From Minisyncoccia bacterium (lineage in GTDB: Bacteria > Patescibacteriota > Minisyncoccia > Phycocordibacterales > PALSA-1337): a stretch of 64,000 nt of DNA. Numbering within the stretch: position 1 is the first letter of the stretch; each line of letters starts with the position of its first letter. Positions 23,383 through 32,478 of the stretch are shown here, in pieces. A program made the translations under genes and the position numbers. The stretch is from the NCBI GenBank assembly GCA_049997795.1, contig JBEKVT010000001.1, positions 4,085 to 68,084 on the forward strand. The letters are read 5' to 3'. The notes under the pieces are model-generated. The model was not told the origin of the DNA and ran no database searches. It saw only the letters and a list, made by a program, of their open reading frames with translations.

Positions 23383-24783
23383 ATGAACCGCGCTTATATC
23401 AAGGATCTTAAGGCCGCAGTCGGCAAGGAGGCCTCCATTTCCGGCTGGGTGGATGTGCGGCGCGATCACGGCAAGCTCATCTTCATCGACTTGCGGGACA
23501 TGACCGGAAGAGTGCAGACAGTGGCCATGCCCCAGAACAAGGAGGCTCACGCGACGGCGGACAAAGTCAGGTCAGAATGGGTGGTGAGAGCGACGGGCGT
23601 AGTGAATAAGCGGCCGGAGAAGATGGTAGCCAAAGACGAAGAGAACGGCGACATCGAGATCGAATTGAAGAAGCTTGAGGTCCTGAACGAGGCGAATACG
23701 CCTCCTTTCGATGTCCGCGATGACGGGCACAAAATCAATGAAGACATGCGCTTAAAATATCGTTACCTCGATCTCAGGCGGCCGCGGATGCAGAGGAATA
23801 TCCGACAGCGCGACAAAATCATCACTTTTTTCCGGGACTACATGCATAAAAATGATTTCGTGGAAATCGAGACGCCGATCCTCATGAGGGGCACGCCGGA
23901 AGGGTCCCGCGAGTACGTCGTGCCGTCGCGCCTGGAGAACGGCAAATTCTACGTCCTTCCCCAGTCTCCCCAGCAATTCAAGCAGCTTTGCATGGTGGCC
24001 GGCTTCGAGAAGTATTTCCAGATCGCTCGATGTTTCCGAGATGAGGACACCCGCGGCGATCGTCAGCCGGAATTCACCCAGCTGGACTTCGAGATGTCGT
24101 TCGTCACGCAAGAAGACGTTATGAGGTATACCGAGACAATGTTCATTGAACTCGTAAAGGTCTTGTATCCGAACAAGAAAATATCGCAAACGCCGTTCAC
24201 CCGCCTGACGTACGCCGAGACTATGAAGAAATACGGCAATGACAAGCCGGACTTGCGGAAAGACAAGAACGACCCGAATGAGCTGGCATTCGTCTGGATC
24301 TTCGACTTCCCTATGTTCGAGAAAGATGAGGAAGGAAAAATTCAGGCTACTCATCACCCGTTCTGCTCCATCAAAGACGAGGACATAGACAAATTCATGT
24401 CCGGCAAAGACTTGATGTCCATCCGTGCCAATTCATACGATCTGGTCTTGAACGGCTACGAATTGAGTTCCGGTTCGATCCGCATCCACAAGGCCGAGAT
24501 GCAGCAGAAAGTCTTCGAATATCTCGACATCTCACCGGAAGAACAGCAGAAGAGGTTCGGCCACATGCTCGAGGCCTTCAGATTCGGCACGCCTCCCCAC
24601 GGCGGCTTCGCTCCAGGCATCGACCGCATCGTCATGATCCTCGAGAACGAGCCGAACATCCGCGAGGTCATCGCTTTCGCCAAGACCGGCGAGGGCAAGG
24701 ACCTCATGATGGGCGCGCCGAGCGAGATCACGGAGAGACAATTCAGGGAATTAGGGATCGAATTGAGAAAGAAAAAGAAATAG
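23383..24783 (+). CDS. aspS: Aspartate--tRNA ligase, bacterial type lacking the GAD insertion domain
   Basis: RDHGKLIFIDLRD, RLKYRYLDLR, LPQSPQ, CFRDED.R.DRQPEFTQLD and PPHGG motifs; 466 aa. Confidence 0.96.
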   Translation: MNRAYIKDLKAAVGKEASISGWVDVRRDHGKLIFIDLRDMTGRVQTVAMPQNKEAHATADKVRSEWVVRATGVVNKRPEKMVAKDEENGDIEIELKKLEVLNEANTPPFDVRDDGHKINEDMRLKYRYLDLRRPRMQRNIRQRDKIITFFRDYMHKNDFVEIETPILMRGTPEGSREYVVPSRLENGKFYVLPQSPQQFKQLCMVAGFEKYFQIARCFRDEDTRGDRQPEFTQLDFEMSFVTQEDVMRYTETMFIELVKVLYPNKKISQTPFTRLTYAETMKKYGNDKPDLRKDKNDPNELAFVWIFDFPMFEKDEEGKIQATHHPFCSIKDEDIDKFMSGKDLMSIRANSYDLVLNGYELSSGSIRIHKAEMQQKVFEYLDISPEEQQKRFGHMLEAFRFGTPPHGGFAPGIDRIVMILENEPNIREVIAFAKTGEGKDLMMGAPSEITERQFRELGIELRKKKK

Positions 24784-24820
24784 ACTATTGACGTACGCGG
24801 CATCCCGAGATATTTTAAGG

Positions 24821-24987
24821 ACTGGCCTGGAAACAGCTCGGCCGGTTCGGGCCGTGGGTTAAATCTCAAGCTGGCCGGGAGATAACTCCCGCAGGGGAGC
24901 GAACCGCGTCGCGATCGACTAAAGGACTCTTTCAAACGGTTTTAGGCCTCTGGGCCGGCTATTCATTTAGCCGGCTCTTAATTTTTT
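24821..24987 (+). ncRNA. Candidate structured small RNA (6S-like position, family unassigned)
   Basis: TTGACG-17-TATTTT promoter (24788-24816); 5' GGCCTGGAAAC pairs with 3' GTTTTAGGCC; internal helices; terminator at 24952-24987; no convincing ORF. Confidence 0.5.
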
Positions 24988-24989
24988 GG

Positions 24990-25388
24990 TCATCCGTTCA
25001 ACCACGTCACGGCAAGCTGCAGCACCGTGGCGAACGACACCCAGGCGAGGTATGGGATTTGCCAGTACGCCAATTTGCGGGAATAAGGCCAGATGGCGGC
25101 CATGGCCCAGATCAAGGTGCCGAGAACGAACAAGATGTCTGCCGCCGCCAGGTAATTGTCTTGCAGCTGGAATTGGAGCGGCGAGAACGCGAGGTTGAAG
25201 AAGAGATTCAGGATGAACGGTATCGCGACATTCCTGGGGATAGTTTCTTTGGACGCCAAATAGAAGACGCGGATGAATGTGACGGCGATGATCGCATACA
25301 GAACGCTCCAGACCGGAGCGAACAGCCAGGCCGGCGGAGCGAACGGCGGCTTGACGAGGGACATGTACCAAACGGCAGTTTGGCTCAT
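24990..25388 (-). CDS. tspO: TspO/MBR family tryptophan-rich sensory protein
   Basis: WY.SL.KP.F.PP.W.F.PVW..LY and PYLAWVSFA motifs. Confidence 0.93.
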   Translation of the reverse strand: MSQTAVWYMSLVKPPFAPPAWLFAPVWSVLYAIIAVTFIRVFYLASKETIPRNVAIPFILNLFFNLAFSPLQFQLQDNYLAAADILFVLGTLIWAMAAIWPYSRKLAYWQIPYLAWVSFATVLQLAVTWLNG

Positions 25389-25403
25389 GGAGATCTGGTG
25401 CGA

Positions 25404-25823
25404 TTACTCTCGGCGGCGCAGGCTGAGGACAGATACGACGAAAATGGCTATGTAGAAGACGAGCCCGTAAGCGCAGCTCGGCAGGCCGAGAGTGTACGGA
25501 ATGATGTGGCCAAGACCGATCCAGGACGATACTTCCTGGACGACGAAGCTGCCGGCGAAGATGATGCCGAGGAATGAGACGGTGGCGATCGTGGTTAGCG
25601 GGTTCCTGGCGCGCTCCGCCGGCACGGCAAGAGCCCAGATAGCCGCGACAGTCATGATGAGATACATGGCGAACCCGTACAGGCAGGCCGGATATCCGAG
25701 GAAGTAGGGACAGGATTCGCCGAGAGCGCAGCTATTAGTCATTAGCTTGACGCCGCTCAGATAGCCGGAGAATAAAAGACCGGCGATCGAAAGCCCGAGG
25801 AGCCAATAGAGACGATTTTTCAT
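25404..25823 (-). CDS. Cys-containing 4-TM membrane protein (VKOR/DsbB-like)
   Basis: G..FSGYL...C.....C...LG.P...YG...Y resembles the VKOR N-terminal half; no CxxC. Confidence 0.55.
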   Translation of the reverse strand: MKNRLYWLLGLSIAGLLFSGYLSGVKLMTNSCALGESCPYFLGYPACLYGFAMYLIMTVAAIWALAVPAERARNPLTTIATVSFLGIIFAGSFVVQEVSSWIGLGHIIPYTLGLPSCAYGLVFYIAIFVVSVLSLRRRE

Positions 25824-25831
25824 AATATTTA

Positions 25832-26203
25832 TTATTGTTTAAATTGTAAGCACACCGAATTCATGCAATAGCGCTTACCGGTCTTGGTCGGGCCGTCATC
25901 GAATATGTGGCCCAGATGAGAGCCGCAGTTGGCACAGACGACCTCGGTGCGGGTCCCGCCGAGGCTCGTGTCGGCCTGGAACTTGACCGCGCCCGGCAGA
26001 GCCTGATCGAAAGAAGGCCAGCCGGTGCCGGAATCGAATTTCGCCGTCGAGGGGAAGAGCGGCGCGCCGCAGGCCTTGCAAACATAAGTGCCATCGCGCT
26101 TCTCCTTGAGGAGTTCGCCGGAAAAGGGCGCTTCCGTCCCCTTCTCGCGAAGGACTTTGTATTCCTCCGGGGTCAATCTCTTCTTGAAATCATCCTCGGT
26201 CAT
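25832..26203 (-). CDS. msrB: Peptide-methionine (R)-S-oxide reductase
   Basis: GTEAPFSG, CxxC, KFDSGTGWPSF, HLGHIFDDGP and RYCMNS motifs. Confidence 0.97.
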   Translation of the reverse strand: MTEDDFKKRLTPEEYKVLREKGTEAPFSGELLKEKRDGTYVCKACGAPLFPSTAKFDSGTGWPSFDQALPGAVKFQADTSLGGTRTEVVCANCGSHLGHIFDDGPTKTGKRYCMNSVCLQFKQ

Positions 26204-26218
26204 GGAATTATTGTATCA

Positions 26219-26338
26219 CGAATACAGCAAGACATGCCTCGGAGAAACATTCCCAGCGGGAGCCGGCCGAGCGCGTGATACTTTAGCCTTGAACCTTTCA
26301 AAAGTGGAGTTTCTCCGAGGCATGTCTTGCTGTATTCG
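26219..26338. repeat. 120-bp element with perfect 30-bp terminal inverted repeats (MITE/REPIN-like)
   Basis: CGAATACAGCAAGACATGCCTCGGAGAAAC (26219-26248) is the exact reverse complement of 26309-26338; 60-nt spacer. Confidence 0.85.
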
Positions 26339-26345
26339 GACTTGA

Positions 26346-26873
26346 TCACTTCAACAATTCATTGAAACGCTTTTGCAGCCTCTCCAATTTCGGGGCGATG
26401 ACCAATTGGCAATAAGGCTCGCTCGGATTGTGCCTGTAATATCCGCGATGATAATCCTCGGCTGGATAGAATTCGCGGAGCGGCCTCACGTCGGTCACGA
26501 CCGGGAGATCGTAGGCATGCGGATCGCTGAGCTCCTTCACCATGGACTCGGCCGCTCGTTTCTGGTCGTCGTCGGAGTAGAAGATCGCCGAATGATACTG
26601 GGGACCGACGTCAGTCCCCTGCCGGTCCAACGAGGTCGGGTCGTGGGTATTGAAGAAGACCGTCAGAAGGTCGTCGTATGATATGACGGCCGGGTCGAAT
26701 TCTATCTTTATGGATTCGATGTGGCCCGTATTCCCTGCCGATACCCGTTCATAGGTCGGATCCTTGGTGAAGCCTCCGGTGTAGCCGGGCATGACGGACT
26801 TGACTCCTTTGAGAGAAGCGAAGACGGCTTCCGTGCACCAGAAGCACCCTCCGCCGAAGACTGCAATAGCCAT
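26346..26873 (-). CDS. msrA: Peptide-methionine (S)-S-oxide reductase
   Basis: GGGCFWC, GYTGG, HDPT, QG.D.G.QY.S and AEDYH motifs; start at ATG 26873. Confidence 0.97.
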   Translation of the reverse strand: MAIAVFGGGCFWCTEAVFASLKGVKSVMPGYTGGFTKDPTYERVSAGNTGHIESIKIEFDPAVISYDDLLTVFFNTHDPTSLDRQGTDVGPQYHSAIFYSDDDQKRAAESMVKELSDPHAYDLPVVTDVRPLREFYPAEDYHRGYYRHNPSEPYCQLVIAPKLERLQKRFNELLK

Positions 26874-26897
26874 GGATCCATTGTATAATGGCACTCA

Positions 26898-27068
26898 ATG
26901 AACGCCAAATCTCTCATCTGGATCGGCGTCTTCGTGGGCGGCACAGTCGGCAGCTATATCCCCGTTCTCTTCGGCGCCGACGTCTTCTCGTTCTCATCGA
27001 TCATCCTCGGCATGTTCGGCGGCCTATTCGGCATCTGGGCCGGATTCAAGCTGTCGCAGATGATATAA
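26898..27068 (+). CDS. Small Gly-rich 2-TM membrane protein (56 aa, below the ORF-track cutoff)
   Basis: MNAKSLIWIGVFVGGTVGSYIPVLFGADVFSFSSIILGMFGGLFGIWAGFKLSQMI; TATAAT 8 nt upstream. Confidence 0.75.
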   Translation: MNAKSLIWIGVFVGGTVGSYIPVLFGADVFSFSSIILGMFGGLFGIWAGFKLSQMI

Positions 27069-27106
27069 ACCAGCCATGCCGGGGCGGCATGGTAGTATGG
27101 ATACCC

Positions 27107-27682
27107 ATGGATCATCAAAACGCGACCGATGAGGAGCTCGTCGAAGCCTGCAAGAAGCGCGATGATGCGGCTTTCCAGGAATTGATGCGCCGGCACATCC
27201 GGCCCATATTCAATTTCGTGAGACAGTACGTGAAGGCCGACGAAGACGTCGAGGATGTCGTCCAAGACGCCTTCTTCAAGGCCTGGAAACATGTCCGCCG
27301 TTTCAAGGCCGGCAAGACGTTCCGGCCATGGCTGTATGCCATTGCCCGGAACACCGCCCTCGACCATCTGAAGAAACGGCGGGCTACGGCCTTCTCCGAG
27401 CTGGATAACGACGAGACCGACCAGAGCTTCGCCGACACCCTAGAGGATGCGGAGCCGCTCGCCTCAGAGCTCTTCGAGCGCGCCGAATCTGCCGTCATGC
27501 TCGAGCCGTATCTCGACGCCCTGCACCCCGATCACCGCGCCGTGCTCGTCATGCGCTACCAAGAGGAGCTCTCGTTCGGCGAGATAGCGGACATCATGGA
27601 TAAGCCCATGAACACGGTAAAAAGCTGGCATTGGCGGGCCCTCGTCAAGCTCCGCCGGGATATGTCGCACCGAAAACCTTGA
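27107..27682 (+). CDS. ECF sigma factor
   Basis: DEELV, EDVVQDAF.KAW, F.PWLY.IARN and region 4 EIADIM..P.NTVKS; start MDHQ at 27107. Confidence 0.92.
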   Translation: MDHQNATDEELVEACKKRDDAAFQELMRRHIRPIFNFVRQYVKADEDVEDVVQDAFFKAWKHVRRFKAGKTFRPWLYAIARNTALDHLKKRRATAFSELDNDETDQSFADTLEDAEPLASELFERAESAVMLEPYLDALHPDHRAVLVMRYQEELSFGEIADIMDKPMNTVKSWHWRALVKLRRDMSHRKP

Positions 27683-27734
27683 AATGCTCGTATTAGCAGG
27701 GTGATATAATAGGGCGTCGTCCCATCAAGAAAAA

Positions 27735-28124
27735 ATGAAGCAGATCTCACATATAGGTGACCCGCGCTCGGAAGAGAGGGTGCGTCTCGCCGTAATGAAG
27801 CGCATCGCGAGGCGGCGCCTTATGACGGCGCGAGCGTGGGCGGCCTGGCATGGCCTCCTTATCTTCGTGGCCGCCGTAGCCTTCGTGCCGGCCCTTCAAT
27901 ACACTCTGGCCCGCTCGGCATCGTCCGGCTTCAATTATTATGCGTCGCTATTCGCCTCTGACGGAGCGCATCTCGCCGGATCATGGAATTCACTCGCCTT
28001 GTCGCTCGCCGAATCGGCGCCGGTCTTGGACAGCATCTTCGTGCTCGCGGCCTTTTTCGTCTTCGCGTACTCGGCGCGTAAGATGGCCGGGGATCTTAGC
28101 CGTTTGCATTACTCATTATCATGA
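27735..28124 (+). CDS. Membrane protein, candidate anti-sigma factor
   Basis: Directly follows the ECF sigma; VMKRI motif then 2 TMs. Confidence 0.6.
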   Translation: MKQISHIGDPRSEERVRLAVMKRIARRRLMTARAWAAWHGLLIFVAAVAFVPALQYTLARSASSGFNYYASLFASDGAHLAGSWNSLALSLAESAPVLDSIFVLAAFFVFAYSARKMAGDLSRLHYSLS

Positions 28125-28612
28125 AAGATTTCTTACAATCGCCCGGCTATTCAAGGATGATCTCCATCCTGGGTATCCTTCTTGCGGCTCTCGTCATATT
28201 CTGGGCCGGCACGGCCGTCGGATACCGGCAGGCGGAGTTCTCGTATCGCTGGAGCAACCACTACGCCGAAGTCTTCGGCGGCAGTTCGCCGTTCTCATTC
28301 AGGCCGGACACGGACGATCTCTCCGCTCCGAACGGCGCCGCCGGGATGATCGTGGCTGTGCATCTGCCGGAAGTCACGGTGAAGGATCCGGATCAGGCAG
28401 AAAAAGTCATCCTGATAAGCTCGAACACGGTCATCCGCCGGTTCCACGGCATCGCCACCACTTCCGACATCAGGACGGGCGATGTCTTGACCGCCATAGG
28501 CGAGCCTGACTCGGAAGGCAGGATCGTGGCGACATTCGTCCGTCTGGTGCCCCCGCCTCCTTCGAACGCTTCTGGAACGTTGGGAAGACAGCCGATGCCG
28601 GCGAACCCTTGA
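28121..28612 (+). CDS. Membrane-anchored OB-fold-like protein (DUF5666-like)
   Basis: TM followed by G.I...V...T.I.....DI..GD...AIG......I.A..V pattern. Confidence 0.6.
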   Translation: MKDFLQSPGYSRMISILGILLAALVIFWAGTAVGYRQAEFSYRWSNHYAEVFGGSSPFSFRPDTDDLSAPNGAAGMIVAVHLPEVTVKDPDQAEKVILISSNTVIRRFHGIATTSDIRTGDVLTAIGEPDSEGRIVATFVRLVPPPPSNASGTLGRQPMPANP

Positions 28613-28647
28613 TCGCCATAGCAAAGACCTTTAACGCATAATAACAG

Positions 28648-30498
28648 ATGAAAAACGCCCTTAATGCTTTCCGCGCCTTCGCAAAGGCGCATAAGATCCT
28701 GGTCTCCGTCATAGCCGTCACCTGCGTAGTCGGCGGCTATGAGATGTACGTCTCGGCCAAGAACGGGAGCGCCGTGCCGCAATACGTCGTCGCGCCGGCC
28801 ATGATCGGCAACATCGTCCAGACGGTCTCCGGCACCGGTCAGGTGACGGCGGCTAACCAGATAGACATCGCGAGCCAGGTCTCCGGCGCCATTACTTCCA
28901 TAGACAAGGCCGTTGGGGACCACGTTTACGCCGGCGACCTGATCTCCACCATCGACCCGACCGACGCTGCGACTAGCCTTGCTAGCGCCCGGTTGTCGCT
29001 CGCCCAGCTCACCGAGCCAGCCAAGCCCGGGGACATAGCGAACGCCGAGAATAGCCTGGAGAAGGCTTACAGCGACGGGTTCAATGCCGTGAGCAACGCC
29101 TTCATCGACCTGCACACGGTCATGCCGGGACTGAATAACATGTTCTATGAGCAGGGCGGCTTCCTCTCCGTCCAGAATTCAGCCTCCCTGGACAGCACAG
29201 GACAGGCCTACCGCTCGCAAGCCGGCTCGTCTTACGATAAAGCCAGCGCGGAATATCAAACGGTGCTCGCCGAGTACGCGGGGACGACGCGCAACAGCGC
29301 TACTTCGAGCATAGACAGGCTGATCTCCGATTCATACAGCCTGGAGAAGGACGTATCCAGCGCCGTCGGCGACGCCCAGAGCGCCATCACCTATATCACT
29401 GTGAACGAGCCCGACTATCAATCGAGGGGATCTTCGGCTGCAGAGAGCAGCGTCTCCTCATGGGGCAATCTCGCGAGTTCCGACGTCTCAGCCTTGGGCG
29501 GAGCGAGCAACACGATCGCGAGCGATGCGAATACTTTGAACAATCTCATAACCGGCGCCGATCCATTGGCCATCCAGGCGTCGGAGCTTTCGGTAGCCCA
29601 GGCTCAAAAGACATACGAAAAATATTTCATCCGGGCGCCGTTCGACGGAGTGATCGGCCGCATCCCCGTTTCCCTGTACAATCAAGCCAGCAATGGCACG
29701 GTCATCGCCACCGTGATAGGCAGCCAGAAGATCGCCAATATCTCCCTCGACGAAGTGGACGCCGCCAATGTCAAGGTCGGCCAGCCGGTCACCATAACTT
29801 TCGACGCCATAAGCGGCTTCACGGCGACCGGCACAGTCTCCGAAGTCGACCTGGTCGGGTCCGTCTCCGCTGGCGTAGTCTCCTATGGCGTCAAGATAGC
29901 CGTCAATACTCCCGACCCGCGCATCCTGCCTGGCATGAGCTTGAACGTCTCGATCGTCACGAACGAGATCGACGGCGTCCTCATCGTGCCGACGGCCGCA
30001 GTGAAGACCCAGGGCAATCGGAGCTATGTCCAGACATTCGACCAAGCCGTTGTCGGGTCTTATATACAGAGCCAGGCCGCGGCAAGCGGCAGGATGACCT
30101 CAGCCTCGAGCACCCGCAGCTTCGGGAACAGCGGGACCGGAAGCTTCGCCTCAAGCACCTACGCCTCGAGCACGGGAAGAACAGCCAACGGTTACGCCTC
30201 CAGCACTCGCGCCTTTTCGGGAAGCGGGACGGCTTCCGGACGGACCATATCCGTGACCATGCCCTCGGTCACGCCTCCGACCAGTACAGTCGTGACTATC
30301 GGACAATCTGATACCACCAATACGCAGATCTTAAGCGGCCTCACCGCCGGAGAATGGGTGGTCACCCGCACCGTCGCTGCGAGCGCCGCTTCGAGCGCGA
30401 GCGCTCCGAGCCTTCTGAGCAGCTTGGGTGCGAGAGCCGGCGGCGGGGCTGCCGGCGGCGCAGCCCGGGCGGCAGGCGGCGCGGCGGCAGGCAGGTAA
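28648..30498 (+). CDS. MacA/HlyD-like membrane fusion (adaptor) protein
   Basis: TM, VSGTG.V, VGD.V..GD.I lipoyl half-motif, long coiled coil, IRAPFDG, PGMS and VPT.AV. Confidence 0.88.
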   Translation: MKNALNAFRAFAKAHKILVSVIAVTCVVGGYEMYVSAKNGSAVPQYVVAPAMIGNIVQTVSGTGQVTAANQIDIASQVSGAITSIDKAVGDHVYAGDLISTIDPTDAATSLASARLSLAQLTEPAKPGDIANAENSLEKAYSDGFNAVSNAFIDLHTVMPGLNNMFYEQGGFLSVQNSASLDSTGQAYRSQAGSSYDKASAEYQTVLAEYAGTTRNSATSSIDRLISDSYSLEKDVSSAVGDAQSAITYITVNEPDYQSRGSSAAESSVSSWGNLASSDVSALGGASNTIASDANTLNNLITGADPLAIQASELSVAQAQKTYEKYFIRAPFDGVIGRIPVSLYNQASNGTVIATVIGSQKIANISLDEVDAANVKVGQPVTITFDAISGFTATGTVSEVDLVGSVSAGVVSYGVKIAVNTPDPRILPGMSLNVSIVTNEIDGVLIVPTAAVKTQGNRSYVQTFDQAVVGSYIQSQAAASGRMTSASSTRSFGNSGTGSFASSTYASSTGRTANGYASSTRAFSGSGTASGRTISVTMPSVTPPTSTVVTIGQSDTTNTQILSGLTAGEWVVTRTVAASAASSASAPSLLSSLGARAGGGAAGGAARAAGGAAAGR

Positions 30499-30506
30499 AG
30501 GCGCTA

Positions 30507-31226
30507 ATGATAGAAGTCAAAGACATCGTCAAGACTTACATGAACGGCGACTTGGCTACCCATGCCTTGCGCGGCGTCTCTTTCAAGATTGACGATGGCG
30601 AATTTGTGGCTATCATGGGGCCTTCCGGCTCCGGAAAATCGACCTTGATGCATATCCTGGGGGCCTTGGACACGGCGACATCCGGGACATACCTTCTGGA
30701 CGGACAGGACGTATCCAAACTATCCGATGACGAGCTGGCGGAGATCCGCCGTAACAGGATCGGTTTCGTTTTCCAGTCTTTCAATCTCCTGCCGCGCGCC
30801 ACGGCGCTCCGCAACGTCACCCTGCCCTTGATCTATGCCGAGATCCCTGAGGATGAGCGCCTGAAACGGGCATATGCCTCGCTCCGGAGCGCCGGCTTCG
30901 ATGAAGACCATTACAATCATATGTCGAACCAGCTCTCGGGCGGCCAGATCCAGAGAGTCGCCATAGCCAGAGCGCTCGTCAACGACCCGGCGCTCATCTT
31001 GGCTGACGAACCGACCGGGAACTTGGATTCGGCGACCGGAGACATCGTCCTCGGGACTTTCCAAAAGCTGAATAAGGAGCTCCGCCGCACGGTGATCCTC
31101 ATCACCCACGAACGGGAAGTCGCCGAGCACGCCGATCGCATTGTCTACATAAGAGACGGCCTGATCGTCGAGGACGGCACCTCGCACGAGAAACGCTTGA
31201 TCGACCACGCCAAAAAGAAAACATGA
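30507..31226 (+). CDS. ABC transporter ATP-binding protein (MacB/LolD type)
   Basis: GPSGSGKST, IGFVFQSFNL, LSGGQ.QRVAIARAL and ADEPTGNLD motifs. Confidence 0.95.
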   Translation: MIEVKDIVKTYMNGDLATHALRGVSFKIDDGEFVAIMGPSGSGKSTLMHILGALDTATSGTYLLDGQDVSKLSDDELAEIRRNRIGFVFQSFNLLPRATALRNVTLPLIYAEIPEDERLKRAYASLRSAGFDEDHYNHMSNQLSGGQIQRVAIARALVNDPALILADEPTGNLDSATGDIVLGTFQKLNKELRRTVILITHEREVAEHADRIVYIRDGLIVEDGTSHEKRLIDHAKKKT

Positions 31227-32452
31227 CCAGCCGAGACATCTTGCACGAGACTTTTTCCGCCCTGACCGCCAATAAAGTGCGGACGACCTTGACTATGCTC
31301 GGCATCGTGATCGGCATCAGTTCGGTCATCAGCATGGTGGCGATCGGACAAGGCGCTCAAGGCTCGATCCAGGCTTCTATCCAAAGCCTCGGCTCTAACC
31401 TGCTCATTGTCTATCCTGGCGCTCAGCGGTCTTTCGGCTATGGCGCTTCGGCCGGCCGCGGCGCGGCTCAGACGCTCACTCCGGGCGACGAGAGTGCCAT
31501 CTCATCGCAAGTGGCGAACGTGACTGCCGTGGCGCCGGAAGTGGATGGGCGATATCAAGTCACCGCCCCGGGCACCAATACCAACACCTCGGTCACGGGC
31601 ACAGTCCCGGCATATACGGCGATCCGCAACGTCCAGATCGCCGACGGCAATTTCTTCAGCGATACCGACGTGACGAATCGCTCGAAGGTGGCCGTCATCG
31701 GGCCCACGGTCGTGAACGATCTCTTCGCGAGCGGCACCGAAGCGGTCGGGCAGATCATACGCATCAAAGGCCTCCAATTCACGGTCATCGGCGTGACGGT
31801 GTCCAAGGGCTCGAGCGGCGGCCCGGGCAATCAGGACGACGTCATATATGTGCCCTTGTCGGCGGCCCAGCTCTTCCTGTCCGGCAATACCACGTACTAC
31901 AGCACGATCGACGTCTCGGCGGCTGGGGAGAGCGACATGACCCAGGTCCAGAACGATATCACTGCTCTCCTTCTTTCCCGCCACAACATCGCAGATCCTA
32001 CTCTGGCCGATTTCAACGTATTGAACCAGGCCTCGATCGTCTCGGCCGCGTCGAGCGTCACTGGCACGTTCACTCTCCTCCTCGGCGCCGTGGCCGGCAT
32101 ATCGCTTCTGGTCGGCGGCATCGGCATCATGAACATGATGCTCACGACCGTGACCGAGCGCACTAAAGAGATCGGTCTCCGGAAAGCCATAGGCGCTAAG
32201 CGCCACGACATCAACGTGCAATTCCTCTCCGAGGCGGTAGCGCTCACGGTCTTGGGCGGCGCTGTCGGCGTCGCTCTGGGCTGGGCCGTCTGCGCGGTCT
32301 TGACCAACCTCGGCATCCTGGAGACGCAACTGTCTATGTCCTCGGTCCTCCTCGCCTTCGGCGTCTCGGCCGCGATCGGCATCATCTTCGGCTACTATCC
32401 GGCCAGACGGGCGTCGCGCCTGAATCCGATCGAAGCATTACGATACGAATAG
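31223..32452 (+). CDS. ABC transporter permease (MacB/FtsX type)
   Basis: LTMLGIVIGI, GGIGIMNMML..VTERT.EIG.RKAIGA and NPIEALRYE motifs. Confidence 0.95.
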   Translation: MTSRDILHETFSALTANKVRTTLTMLGIVIGISSVISMVAIGQGAQGSIQASIQSLGSNLLIVYPGAQRSFGYGASAGRGAAQTLTPGDESAISSQVANVTAVAPEVDGRYQVTAPGTNTNTSVTGTVPAYTAIRNVQIADGNFFSDTDVTNRSKVAVIGPTVVNDLFASGTEAVGQIIRIKGLQFTVIGVTVSKGSSGGPGNQDDVIYVPLSAAQLFLSGNTTYYSTIDVSAAGESDMTQVQNDITALLLSRHNIADPTLADFNVLNQASIVSAASSVTGTFTLLLGAVAGISLLVGGIGIMNMMLTTVTERTKEIGLRKAIGAKRHDINVQFLSEAVALTVLGGAVGVALGWAVCAVLTNLGILETQLSMSSVLLAFGVSAAIGIIFGYYPARRASRLNPIEALRYE

Positions 32453-32478
32453 CAGGCAACCCGCGCCCGGCGCGCCGA

